From: Candidatus Pacearchaeota archaeon
GTDB taxonomy: Archaea; Nanobdellota; Nanobdellia; Pacearchaeales; GW2011-AR1
Direction: 5' to 3'
Assembly (NCBI GenBank): GCA_026395815.1
Contig: JAPLXZ010000012.1
Location: 487-64,486 of the forward strand
Length of the DNA: 64,000 nucleotides
The stretch's first letter is position 1. Each line of letters opens with the position of its first letter. Shown here piece after piece: positions 29,926-39,446 of this stretch. A model generated the notes under the pieces. It was not told the DNA's origin. It saw only the letters and a list, made by a program, of their open reading frames with translations, and made no database searches. The position numbers and the translations under genes are program-made.

Positions 29926-31275
29926 TTAAATCTTTACTAATTCAATTTCCAAACTTTTTTTTAGCATCTCCAAAAATTCTTTTTCTTTCTCTTGTTTTAC
30001 CATACATCCTGCAGCAAATTCATGCCCGCCGACTTCTCCGCCTATCTTATTTATTATATCGGTTAGGATTTCTCTTATATTTCTGCCACTTCTTCCAACA
30101 CTTCTTACAGAAACTTTTATTTTGTCGTCGTAATAAGCCATTGTTGCAATGATTGTTCCGTTGTCATATATAGAAGAGTTAGATAATATGCTTGCTATTG
30201 TTCCAATAATTGTGTCTTTTATATTATCCTTTGCATTGATTATTACAAAACCATTTCCTTCAATTTTTTCTGTTTCTGAAACAAAATTCAATGCCGAAAT
30301 AATAAACTGTTTGTATTTAGTATGCATAGATTCTGCTCTCCTTTTTGCTTTTGTTATTTCCATACAGAATTGTATAGCTGTTTCACTCTCTCCAAGTTTG
30401 GAACATGCATTAATAATTGCACTTAACTCTCTGGCATCTTCTAATTTATTAAAAAATTTTATCAAAAAAATATCTCCTATTATTTCCCTGTTTTTTACTT
30501 TGGGATTTTTTAAGAGTATCGCAGTTACTAATCTTGACATTTCTTCATCATCCAGCTCGATTAAGCTTTTGTATTTTCCATTATTTATTGGACTTAATCC
30601 GATCTCTCTTAATAATTCCAGAACTCCCTTTGTATTCCCTGTTATTTCTGGAATGTATGGATCAGAACAGAATTCCAATGTTCTGTTGATAGGCCTTGTA
30701 GAAGGGTAAATTAGCAAACCCCGTTTCCTCTTTACTTCCCCATCATTTATAATAACATTATTAAGTTTGTCAATACTTTTTTCCATAGAATCTCCAATCA
30801 TCCCCAAAATTGCAAGTTTTGCCAATTCTTTATTTTCTTGATTTAATTGTTTGCAGAACAGATAAGTCAAACTTGAGCTGCTTATTTCTTCTTTATCATT
30901 AAGTTGTGGATTTAGAATGTTTATTCCTTCTGGAATTGTTTGGAAAACTTCATGATGGTCTATTATAAAAATATTTTCTATTTCCATTGTTGAGAAATGA
31001 TTTAAACTTCCAGATGCTAAATCAAGAAAAAGAATTATCTTATCTCTTGGAAGAGTGTCTATTGTTTCTTTTTCTAACCTCCTGACAATTTTTAAAGAAA
31101 ATTTTTTGTCCATCTTTTTTAAAGTTTGTACCATAATTGTTGCAGAGGTTATACCATCGGTGTCAAAATGACTTATTATTAAAACATCTTTATCTTTAAT
31201 CTTTTCAATAAACTTTTCTGCTATAGATTCAATTTGTGATGTCAGAGAATATTCATTGTTTAATTTTTCATTCAT
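29926..31275 (-). CDS. DHH/DHHA1 phosphoesterase (RecJ/Cdc45-like)
   Basis: SHFDTDG, FLDLASG, IDHH, GMIGD, GGHEFAAG; lies downstream of uS15 as in other archaea. Confidence 0.9.
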   Translation of the reverse strand: MNEKLNNEYSLTSQIESIAEKFIEKIKDKDVLIISHFDTDGITSATIMVQTLKKMDKKFSLKIVRRLEKETIDTLPRDKIILFLDLASGSLNHFSTMEIENIFIIDHHEVFQTIPEGINILNPQLNDKEEISSSSLTYLFCKQLNQENKELAKLAILGMIGDSMEKSIDKLNNVIINDGEVKRKRGLLIYPSTRPINRTLEFCSDPYIPEITGNTKGVLELLREIGLSPINNGKYKSLIELDDEEMSRLVTAILLKNPKVKNREIIGDIFLIKFFNKLEDARELSAIINACSKLGESETAIQFCMEITKAKRRAESMHTKYKQFIISALNFVSETEKIEGNGFVIINAKDNIKDTIIGTIASILSNSSIYDNGTIIATMAYYDDKIKVSVRSVGRSGRNIREILTDIINKIGGEVGGHEFAAGCMVKQEKEKEFLEMLKKSLEIELVKI

Positions 31276-31312
31276 AATTCCTCTTTTCCGTTTAAAAAAC
31301 AGAGATAATTTG

Positions 31313-31657
31313 TTACTGATTAAGGTATTTCTTTAGTCTTCTTAACTTTGCAGACGTTCTTTCTTTGTCTCTCATAGCCCTTTTGTCTTTCTTATTTGTT
31401 GCATAATGTTTCTTAATTTTTTCAAGTTTTCCTTCAATGTTCTTTACATCTGGATTGATATGTTTGCTTCCAAGTATTTGAGATATTTTTTTCTTGAATT
31501 CTTTTGGATGAATATCCTCTTTCCTTAAGATTTCCCCTATTTTTTCACTTGTAAGCCCTTTTTCAGCTAATTCTAAGACCTTTTTTTCGAATTCTTCCTG
31601 AGAAATCCTTTTTGACTTTTTGGATTCTATATTTTTCTCTTCTGTTTCTTTTGGCAT
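31313..31657 (-). CDS. rps15: 30S ribosomal protein uS15 (reduced)
   Basis: LAEKGLTSEKIGEILR..KHYATNKKDKRA..KLRRLKKY. Confidence 0.85.
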   Translation of the reverse strand: MPKETEEKNIESKKSKRISQEEFEKKVLELAEKGLTSEKIGEILRKEDIHPKEFKKKISQILGSKHINPDVKNIEGKLEKIKKHYATNKKDKRAMRDKERTSAKLRRLKKYLNQ

Positions 31658-31734
31658 CTTAGTAAACCGCAATTTAATTTTTTAAACCTTCCTGTGAGTG
31701 AAAATTATTTAAACAGCCTTTTCTTTTACATTAA

Positions 31735-32526
31735 ATGGGAGAGGTGATAGGCATTTTGAGTTTAAAAGGGGGAGTTGGAAAAACTTCTACTGCTGTTGCT
31801 TTAGGAGCAGCTATCGCGGGTTTTGACAAAAAAGTCTTGTTAATCGACGGAAATCTTTCTGCTCCAAATCTTGGTTTATATTTGAATATATTAGAACCGA
31901 AGGTTACGATTCATGATATTTTAGAAAGAAGAGCAAATACTAAATCTGCAATACAGTCTTTAGATTTTTTTGATGTCATTCCTGCATCCATTTCTGATAG
32001 GAATATAGTAAATCCGTTGAAATTGAGAGATAGGATAAAGTTATTAAAGAAAAAATATGATTTTATTATCCTTGATTCTTCCCCAAGTTTAAATGAAGAG
32101 ACTCTTGCAGTTATGTTAGCATCTGATAAGTTAATTGTTGTCACTACTGCAGATTATCCAACATTAAGAATTACAATGAAAGCAATAAATATGGCTAAGA
32201 GGAGAGGAACTCCAATTGCAGGATTAGTTCTCAATAAGGTTTATAATAAAAAGTTTGAACTTCCTATTTCAGAGATAGAGAGAATATCAGAAGTTCCTGT
32301 AATGGCAGTTATACCTCATGATATTGATGTTTTAAGGGCTCTTGCTGAATTTACTCCTTCGACTAGCTATAAACCTAAGTCAGAAGCAAGCATCGAATAC
32401 AAAAAGCTTGCTGCTTCGCTTATTGGAGAGAAATATCGACCATTTAGGTTCAAATACATCTTTAGATTTAGTCCTAAAAAGCAAGATGTTAATAGGGAAA
32501 TATACTACGAAAGTGTTTTTGGATAA
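31735..32526 (+). CDS. minD: MinD/ParA family ATPase
   Basis: KGGVGKT deviant Walker A; IILDSSP. Confidence 0.85.
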   Translation: MGEVIGILSLKGGVGKTSTAVALGAAIAGFDKKVLLIDGNLSAPNLGLYLNILEPKVTIHDILERRANTKSAIQSLDFFDVIPASISDRNIVNPLKLRDRIKLLKKKYDFIILDSSPSLNEETLAVMLASDKLIVVTTADYPTLRITMKAINMAKRRGTPIAGLVLNKVYNKKFELPISEIERISEVPVMAVIPHDIDVLRALAEFTPSTSYKPKSEASIEYKKLAASLIGEKYRPFRFKYIFRFSPKKQDVNREIYYESVFG

Positions 32527-32565
32527 TCTTATAAACAGAATTCAGTTCTAATTTTTAGATTTTAG

Positions 32566-32685
32566 AGCCCCATGGTTCAGTGGTCAAGAATTCAGCCCTT
32601 TGGAGTTAACGAGTGATTCGTTCACTCTCTTATTTCAAAGAAACGAAGAGAGGCTGAGACCCAGGTTCGAATCCTGGTGGGGCTA
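32566..32685 (+). tRNA. tRNA-Gln(TTG) with 47-nt intron at 37/38 (32604-32650)
   Basis: Acceptor AGCCCCA/TGGGGCT; anticodon stem CAGCC/GGCTG; GTTCGAATC; BHB helix CTTT/GAAG with 3-nt bulges. Confidence 0.92.
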
Positions 32686-32688
32686 TTT

Positions 32689-33450
32689 TTAATGTTCTTT
32701 ATATCTTCCTCTCTTTTCAACTGCTTTAAGCCTTTCAAGAACTTTTGCAGAATCCTTGTAAGGTTTATAGCCACTTAAAACTTCTTCGAACAAAACTTCC
32801 CATTGCTTGAAATGGCGTGCTTCTAATGCTTGTTTAAGCAAATGCAAATCCACTGCTTTATCTTCAAATTTTCTGCTTATAAAACCTAAGCCAAAATCAA
32901 TGAAGAAGATTTTAATACGCTCGCTATCGCTCGCTGATTGATGTTGCTCCGAAACTGGCTCTGCCAAGTTTCTTCGCTTATCTTTAGTTAAAATAACATC
33001 CTCCTTGGTATTGTGTTTGTTAACTGTTAAATCATTCATCTGCGAAGCAGAATTAGTTTCTTGGTTTTCTACAAATATCATATTTGATGTTGTTAAATCT
33101 CCATGAATTATATCTTTATCATGAAGTTTTGCTATGTTCTCTCCAATTTTTCTGCAAATTTCTTTTTGTTTTTCTAAAGGGAAAGAGTCTAAATCTTCAG
33201 AAAGTTTTTTTCCTTGAATAAAAGGCATTTTTATTATGTTAAACTCTTTTATTGGAACAGGTTTTGGAACATCTATTATCTGAGATGCTTTTTCAAGAAG
33301 CTTTGTTTCTGATTTTGTTCTTCCCTTTCTAATCTTTTCATCTAATTCTTTAATACGATAAGATTTTTTTATTCTATCTTTAATTATCAAATCTCCTTCT
33401 TGAATAATCTTTGCTTCTGCTCCTTGTTGAAGTATTTTTGTAACAGTCAT
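32689..33450 (-). CDS. bud32: KEOPS kinase Bud32 with about 48-aa insertion
   Basis: QGAEA, HGDLTTSNMI, IDFGL, EDKAVDL, C-terminal RGRY. Confidence 0.92.
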   Translation of the reverse strand: MTVTKILQQGAEAKIIQEGDLIIKDRIKKSYRIKELDEKIRKGRTKSETKLLEKASQIIDVPKPVPIKEFNIIKMPFIQGKKLSEDLDSFPLEKQKEICRKIGENIAKLHDKDIIHGDLTTSNMIFVENQETNSASQMNDLTVNKHNTKEDVILTKDKRRNLAEPVSEQHQSASDSERIKIFFIDFGLGFISRKFEDKAVDLHLLKQALEARHFKQWEVLFEEVLSGYKPYKDSAKVLERLKAVEKRGRYKEH

Positions 33451-33675
33451 GTTCTCTTTTGTATTTCATAATATTTATATATTTATTTTTCTTGATTATC
33501 TCATGGGGAAATTGATGGAGAACTTGTCAGCATCATTTATAGCAATAACTCTTCCTTTGTTCACTCTTGAAGTATTTTTAAGTTTTCTCTTTGTAAATTT
33601 TATAAAAAAAATTAGTAATAATCGTGCTCATTTAGAATTGCCTTTTATATGGAATGCTCGGCCTTTTAATGGAGA

Positions 33676-35043
33676 TTAAAGTCTCATTTTTTTGCCAAAC
33701 TTTTTTGCTAATTTCTGAATCTGCTTTTGGCTCAATCCCTGCGATAAATCTGCAGAACTGCTTGACTTTATCATGTCGTTCAGCAATTTGTACTGTTTTA
33801 ATAAAGCCCGAACATCGCTTGTTGGAACTCCTGCACCTTTAGCAATCCTTGACATTCTTGAAGTCTGTTTTTCTAGCAATTCTGGGTTTGTTTTTTCCTC
33901 AAGAGTCATAGATTTGATGATGTGTTCCCATCTTGCTACTTTCGCTTCTTGATTTTCCATAAAATTTTCCGGAATTTTTGTTTTAATTCCAGAAAAGCCA
34001 GGAATCATAGATTTTATCTTGTCAAATCCACCCATTGAACTCATGGATTTAACTTGTTCTATTACATCATCCAATGTTAATCTTCCTTCTTCGATATTTT
34101 TCTGGATCTTATTTTGGCTTTTTTCATCTGTAACTAATTTTATTTTTTCTATCAATGCTTGCAAATCACCCATGCCCAAAAGACGAGAAAGAAAAGACTT
34201 AGGATTGAATTCTTCTATATCGTTTATTTTTTCACCTGTTCCTATAAAATAGATTGGAGCATGTGTTTCTGCACAAGAGGTTAATGCTCCACCTGCCTTG
34301 GCTGTAGAATCCATTCTTGTTATTATTACTCCAGAAATGTTTACAGAATCTTTAAACTGGCTTGCTTGTTGTTTTGCAGCTTGTCCTATATCTGCAGGAA
34401 TTATAAGAATAGATTCTGTTGGTTTTGCTTCTTTGCTTATCTCTTTTATTTCTTTGATTAATTCTACATCTAAGGTATGACGGCCAGCAGTGTCTATAAT
34501 AACCATGTTGTATCCCTTCAATTGTTTTTCATATTTCTTCAGTATTTTAATAGGATTTTTTTCTGAAACATCTATAAAATAGTTAAGTTTATTTTTTTCT
34601 GCAAGCTGCTTCAATTGTTCTTGTGCTGCTGGCCTATGTGTATCTAAACTGATGACTGCAACCTTAAAACCCCTCTTTGAAAAATAATTTCCTAGTTTGG
34701 CTGTAGTAGTTGTCTTGCCACTTCCATAAAGCCCAAGAAGCATAATCACATTCTGTTTTTGATTGGGTTTTAATTCTTTATGTTCCCCTAAAATATTCAA
34801 AAGTTCTTCATGAAGAAGTTTGATGATATGTTCTTTTTTTTCTACTTCTTTCATTCGTTCATCTAATGCAGATTTTTTTATTTTTTCACTTAATTCTTTT
34901 ACAAGATGGACATCTACATCTGCTTCAATTAATGCTCTTTGCAAATCTCGGATAATAGAATCAACTAAATCTTTATCAAGAAATATGGCATTTGCTATCT
35001 TATCTGTTGCTTTTCTTAAAACTTCCCCGAGACGTTCCAACAT
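33676..35043 (-). CDS. srp54: Signal recognition particle protein SRP54
   Basis: ALIEADV, GLYGSGKTTT, DTAGR, TRMD, M domain. Confidence 0.95.
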   Translation of the reverse strand: MLERLGEVLRKATDKIANAIFLDKDLVDSIIRDLQRALIEADVDVHLVKELSEKIKKSALDERMKEVEKKEHIIKLLHEELLNILGEHKELKPNQKQNVIMLLGLYGSGKTTTTAKLGNYFSKRGFKVAVISLDTHRPAAQEQLKQLAEKNKLNYFIDVSEKNPIKILKKYEKQLKGYNMVIIDTAGRHTLDVELIKEIKEISKEAKPTESILIIPADIGQAAKQQASQFKDSVNISGVIITRMDSTAKAGGALTSCAETHAPIYFIGTGEKINDIEEFNPKSFLSRLLGMGDLQALIEKIKLVTDEKSQNKIQKNIEEGRLTLDDVIEQVKSMSSMGGFDKIKSMIPGFSGIKTKIPENFMENQEAKVARWEHIIKSMTLEEKTNPELLEKQTSRMSRIAKGAGVPTSDVRALLKQYKLLNDMIKSSSSADLSQGLSQKQIQKLAKKFGKKMRL

Positions 35044-35092
35044 AAAAGAAAGAGTATTTTAATGGTTATTAAATTTTGGGTTTTAATAATAT

Positions 35093-35830
35093 TTATAATT
35101 TGAGATAGATGTCTTTTATTTGTAAGATTTTATCTATCTTAATTAATCTGCTATATTCGGGAATACCTGCATGTTCTTTTTCAAATTTCCATGTCTCCAG
35201 CGGAATATAAATCATTCCTATCTTTGCATCGATTGCAGGTAAAACATCGCTTTTAATAGAATTTCCAACATGCCAAACATAAGATCTATCTCTATTACCA
35301 ATAAAAGCTTCAAGGATTTCTTTATTTTTGGTTTGAACAATGTGTATCTCATCAAACATCGACTCCAAATTATTTGCTAAAATTTTCATTTGTTGAATTT
35401 CTGCATCTCCTTTTGTAACTAAAATTAGTTCATCTCCTTTCTCTTTTAGATAATAAATTATCTCTTCTGCACCAAGCACTAATCCTTGTTTTTTCCATCT
35501 TTCAAAATCAAATGCTTGTGTTCCTATTTGATATGCTAATTTTTCACCTTCTAGATCATTAATACCTAAAGTTCTACAGATTTCTCGATATGTTTCAGAT
35601 GTTGATGTTGGAAATCTCTCTTTACAAAATCCTTTTCCAGAAGGCATCCAATCTTTAACTTTTTTTGAATCAATTTCTGCTTGAAGATTCATTATTGCAG
35701 GCACATCAGGAGCTCTAAGGCCCACTCTTTCAATCACTAACCTTGCGAAATCTAACAGAGGAAAAGAATAATCATGTATATTCCACATCAGAGTGTCGTC
35801 CAAATCGAATAGAAACCTCTTTTTTGTCAT
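35093..35830 (-). CDS. HAD-superfamily hydrolase
   Basis: FDLDDTL, VTKGD, HVGNSIKSD. Confidence 0.85.
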   Translation of the reverse strand: MTKKRFLFDLDDTLMWNIHDYSFPLLDFARLVIERVGLRAPDVPAIMNLQAEIDSKKVKDWMPSGKGFCKERFPTSTSETYREICRTLGINDLEGEKLAYQIGTQAFDFERWKKQGLVLGAEEIIYYLKEKGDELILVTKGDAEIQQMKILANNLESMFDEIHIVQTKNKEILEAFIGNRDRSYVWHVGNSIKSDVLPAIDAKIGMIYIPLETWKFEKEHAGIPEYSRLIKIDKILQIKDIYLKL

Positions 35831-35881
35831 GTATAAGAAATATAATATTTATTTAAAAAAATAATTATACTATAAAATACA

Positions 35882-37045
35882 TTATAATCCTAACCTTTTA
35901 ATAAATTTTTCCTTATCGAAAACTTCTATTTTATCATATGCCTGTCCTACTCCTAAATACAAAATGGGTTTTTTTGTTATATAACCAACACTTAATGCTG
36001 TTCCGCCCTTCTCATCAATATCTGCCTTTGTTAATACTATCCCATCAATTCCAACACTCCAATCAAAACTCTTCACTTGTTCTATTACATCATTTCCTGT
36101 AATGCTTTCTCCAACAAAAATTTTCTTGTCTGGTTTGCAGACTTTTACTATTTTTTCCATTTCCCTAAGAAGATTTTTTGCAGTATGCATTCTTCCCGCA
36201 GTGTCAATCAAAACACAATCGACAAAGTTTTTTTTGGCATATTTTATTGCATCAAAACCAACTGAAGCAGGATCAGAACTGTATTCATGGCTTATCACTT
36301 TAACCCCTATTTTATCTCCATGCTCTTTTAATTGTTCTATTGAAGCAGCTCTGAATGTATCTGCTGCTGCTAAGACACAAGAAACATCTCTACTCTTAAG
36401 ATTCTCTGCTATTTTTGCAATAGTCGTTGTTTTTCCACTTCCATTTATACCGCAAAAAAGTATGACATACGGCTCTTTTGCTTGGTCTTTAGCCTTCTCT
36501 TTAATTTCTTCTGCTAAATCTCCTGGGGCAATTAAGATTTCCCTTATTATCTCTCTGAATGCTTCTTTTATTTCTTCTTCTACTTCTTTTTTCAGAAATT
36601 CTTTTCCAATTATCTTTTCCTTTAATTCTATTATTATCTTCTCTGCAACTTCAAGCGCGACATTATTTTCTAAAAGCAGCATTTCAAGTTCTTCTTTATA
36701 TACATCAAATTCCTTTTCAGAAATCTTTATCTTGGATATTTTGGAGGTTATCTTTTGAAAAAAGGATTTGCTTCCTGGCTTGGATTCTTCTTCAAGTTCC
36801 TCTTTTATTTCTTCTAATTTTTCTAAGTCTGGCTGGTATGTTTTTATTCCAGCGTTAAATTTCATTGGAATTTCTATTTCTTTAACGTCTTCACTAGGGG
36901 GTATAGGAACTTCTATTTCCTTAACTTCTGCTTCTTTTAGTTCTGTTATTTTCTCGGGTTTTTCTTCTTCCTTTTCTGCTTCTTCTACTTTTTTAGCTAT
37001 TTTCTTAGTCCAATTTTCAATCTTTTCTTTTAAAAACTTAAACAT
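35882..37045 (-). CDS. ftsY: SRP receptor FtsY
   Basis: Acidic N-terminus; GINGSGKTTT; DTFRAA; DTAGR; TKAD. Confidence 0.95.
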   Translation of the reverse strand: MFKFLKEKIENWTKKIAKKVEEAEKEEEKPEKITELKEAEVKEIEVPIPPSEDVKEIEIPMKFNAGIKTYQPDLEKLEEIKEELEEESKPGSKSFFQKITSKISKIKISEKEFDVYKEELEMLLLENNVALEVAEKIIIELKEKIIGKEFLKKEVEEEIKEAFREIIREILIAPGDLAEEIKEKAKDQAKEPYVILFCGINGSGKTTTIAKIAENLKSRDVSCVLAAADTFRAASIEQLKEHGDKIGVKVISHEYSSDPASVGFDAIKYAKKNFVDCVLIDTAGRMHTAKNLLREMEKIVKVCKPDKKIFVGESITGNDVIEQVKSFDWSVGIDGIVLTKADIDEKGGTALSVGYITKKPILYLGVGQAYDKIEVFDKEKFIKRLGL

Positions 37046-37125
37046 GCTTCTTTAAATCTTTAGAGATTTATAATGTTTTCCAAGTGAACATAAATTTTTA
37101 TAAAGAATAACTATCTTTTGAATAT

Positions 37126-38364
37126 ATGAAAGGAATATTAATTATTGTGGATGGAATGGGTGATTTGCCATGCAAACAACTTGGAGAGAAAACACCTTTG
37201 GAAGTTGCAAATATGCCGAATCTTGATTTTTTTGCTGCAAGAGGAGAAATGGGATATATGTATCCTGTAAAGCCAGGATTTGTACCGGAATCAGATGAAT
37301 CTGTTGTTTCTATTTTTGGAAATGAATTAATTTCCAGCACAAGAGGGCAGTTAGAAGCAAGAGGCACTGATATAAAATTGACAAGAGGGGATTTGGCATT
37401 CAGAGCGAATTTTGCAACAATCGATTCATTGAAAGGAAATATTCTTGACAGAAGAGCAGGAAGAACTCTTACAACAGCAGAAGCAGAAGTTTTAACCAAG
37501 GCATTGAATGGAATAAAACTGCCCTGCGAATTCATATTCAAACCTACAATCGGGCATAGAGGAACATTAGTTATTAGAGGGGGTTTTTCTGATAATATAT
37601 CTGGAAATGATTCTGTTTATACCCAAGGAAAAAGCCAAGTTTCTGATAAGGTTGGATTTTGTAGGGCGTTAGATGATGAAGACAATTCTCAGTATACTGC
37701 AAATATAATCAATGAATTTTTAGAAAAAACTTATGAAGTTCTTAATAGGCATCCTGTAAATGAAGATAGAAGGAGAAGAGGATTGCCTCCTGCAAATTTC
37801 ATTCTTGTAAGAGGAGCAGGAATTGAGGTTCCAAAATTAAAACTTTACAGAAAGTGGGTTTCTGTTAGTTATATGCCTTTAGAAATAGGATTTTCAAAAG
37901 TTTCTGGCATGAAAATTTTTTCTTTTGATTATCCCAAATTAAAAAAATTAGATGTTTATGCAAATCTTTATGAAGGACTGTCTAAAGCATGCAAACTTGC
38001 CATGTGGGTTTTGAAAAAGAACAAAAAAAGCGCAGATTATGCTTATATTCATCTAAAAGAGACAGACATACCAGGACATGATAATAAGCCTCTTGAAAAA
38101 AGAGCAATGTTAGAATATATTGATAAAACTCTATTTAATTTTTTAAGGAAATTTGCTCCTCCTAATAGGATTAAAGTGGTAATCACAGCAGACCATACAA
38201 CTTCGTGTAAAAGCAAGGCGCATACTGCTGACCCTGTTCCTGTGCTTTTTTATAATAATTCAATTCCAAGAGAAAAGAAGTTTACTGAATCAGAAGCAAG
38301 AAAAGGAAGTCTTGGAAGAATATTGGGAAAAGAGTTATTACAAAAAGTCAGATTTTTGAAGTAA
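37126..38364 (+). CDS. apgM: Cofactor-independent phosphoglycerate mutase (archaeal type)
   Basis: DGMGD..KTPLE; PESD; HLKETDIPGHD; TADHTT; HTADPVP. Confidence 0.9.
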   Translation: MKGILIIVDGMGDLPCKQLGEKTPLEVANMPNLDFFAARGEMGYMYPVKPGFVPESDESVVSIFGNELISSTRGQLEARGTDIKLTRGDLAFRANFATIDSLKGNILDRRAGRTLTTAEAEVLTKALNGIKLPCEFIFKPTIGHRGTLVIRGGFSDNISGNDSVYTQGKSQVSDKVGFCRALDDEDNSQYTANIINEFLEKTYEVLNRHPVNEDRRRRGLPPANFILVRGAGIEVPKLKLYRKWVSVSYMPLEIGFSKVSGMKIFSFDYPKLKKLDVYANLYEGLSKACKLAMWVLKKNKKSADYAYIHLKETDIPGHDNKPLEKRAMLEYIDKTLFNFLRKFAPPNRIKVVITADHTTSCKSKAHTADPVPVLFYNNSIPREKKFTESEARKGSLGRILGKELLQKVRFLK

Positions 38365-38367
38365 TTT

Positions 38368-38640
38368 TTAATTTGTCAGTTTAATCCTTGCAACTTCTTC
38401 TGGTTCTGGGTCTTCAATTATAAGTCCAAATATAGGGTATTCCCTAATCTCGCAAGGTAATCTCTCTACTCTTACAGATATTTCTTTTGGGATATAAACA
38501 GAAGGAGTTATTTCCTTTAATTTTTCTGCAATTTCCTCAAGACTTCCAAATTTTTTTCCAAAAAAGCATTTTAATCCTCTTTTTGTTGATTCATATGCCC
38601 AATTAAAATATTTTCCCTCTTCTAAAACAAGATTTTTCAT
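38368..38640 (-). CDS. Hypothetical protein
   Basis: 90-aa ORF filling the gap. Confidence 0.55.
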   Translation of the reverse strand: MKNLVLEEGKYFNWAYESTKRGLKCFFGKKFGSLEEIAEKLKEITPSVYIPKEISVRVERLPCEIREYPIFGLIIEDPEPEEVARIKLTN

Positions 38641-38756
38641 TTTAATTACTTTGAAAACTAGTATTTAAATATTTATATAATAAAATTTTTGAGACAGATA
38701 TAAGAGATTTTTTTAATTACAACAATTATTAAAAATTGGATTCCATTGATTTTTGT

Positions 38757-39308
38757 ATGATAACCTATAATGATATCTATGAAGTTGCAAGAAAAGAGAG
38801 GTATTCAGACCAGTTGCAACAATTGCCTAAGAATTTCATAGAAGAAGTCTGCAATTATCTCAAGGAAAAAAAGGAGATTGCAGCTAAACAAGACGATGTT
38901 TTTTCTGATGTTATAATAAAGACAAAAAAGCAAGTGGAAAATGCTACTACTCTTTTTAAGGAACTTTTGTTAAGAAGAAAAAAGAAAATTTTGGACTTGG
39001 TTTTGATTGCCACTGAAACTGGAATTTCCAAACAAGATTTTGAAAATATGCAACCTTTTGAAAAAGCCCTTTTTGAAGATTTAATGAAATGCATTGACAT
39101 TTCTGAAAAAAGATTAAGCTGTGTATTAAATGGAAATGAGGAACAAAAGAACGATTTAATTGTCTTTAAAGAAAATGTTGAAGAATTTATTGATTTGAAT
39201 GGAGAGAAAATGGGTCCCTTTGAAAAAGGGCAAATAGCAAATATTCCAAAGGAAATTGCAAAGATTCTTATTGAAGGAAATAAAGCAGAAATGGTTGTGG
39301 ATAATTAA
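38757..39308 (+). CDS. GINS15-like DNA replication factor
   Basis: RKER..LQQLPKNF, RRKKKI, C-terminal B domain MGPFEKGQIANIP. Confidence 0.8.
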   Translation: MITYNDIYEVARKERYSDQLQQLPKNFIEEVCNYLKEKKEIAAKQDDVFSDVIIKTKKQVENATTLFKELLLRRKKKILDLVLIATETGISKQDFENMQPFEKALFEDLMKCIDISEKRLSCVLNGNEEQKNDLIVFKENVEEFIDLNGEKMGPFEKGQIANIPKEIAKILIEGNKAEMVVDN

Positions 39309-39319
39309 AAATTATAAAA

Positions 39320-39427
39320 AGCCTGTAGAGAGACTTGCACTCCCGACCCTCTGCTTACAAGGCAGTTGAGCAGATTCTAACATTTTACTGCTATGAATCT
39401 AATGCTCTGCTCCTGAGCTATACAGGC
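39320..39427 (-). tRNA. tRNA-Thr(TGT) with 36-nt intron at non-canonical position 27/28 (39401-39366)
   Basis: Acceptor GCCTGTA/TACAGGC; BHB gca/tgc, bulge, GAGC/GCTC, bulge, AGATTC/GAATCT; removal restores a perfect TCTGC/GCAGA anticodon stem. Confidence 0.88.
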
Positions 39428-39446
39428 TTGATTATAAGGATATTTC

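Noticed and set aside
33449..33679. 76-aa ORF between bud32 and srp54
   Set aside because: Lies opposite both neighbours in AT-rich DNA with no motif; coding status is unsupported.
36102..36758. Long antisense ORFs (also 30149..30709, 5001..5546, 37098..37541, 56055..56483 and others)
   Set aside because: Shadow frames opposite well-supported genes, with S/F/I/L-rich composition typical of antisense translation.
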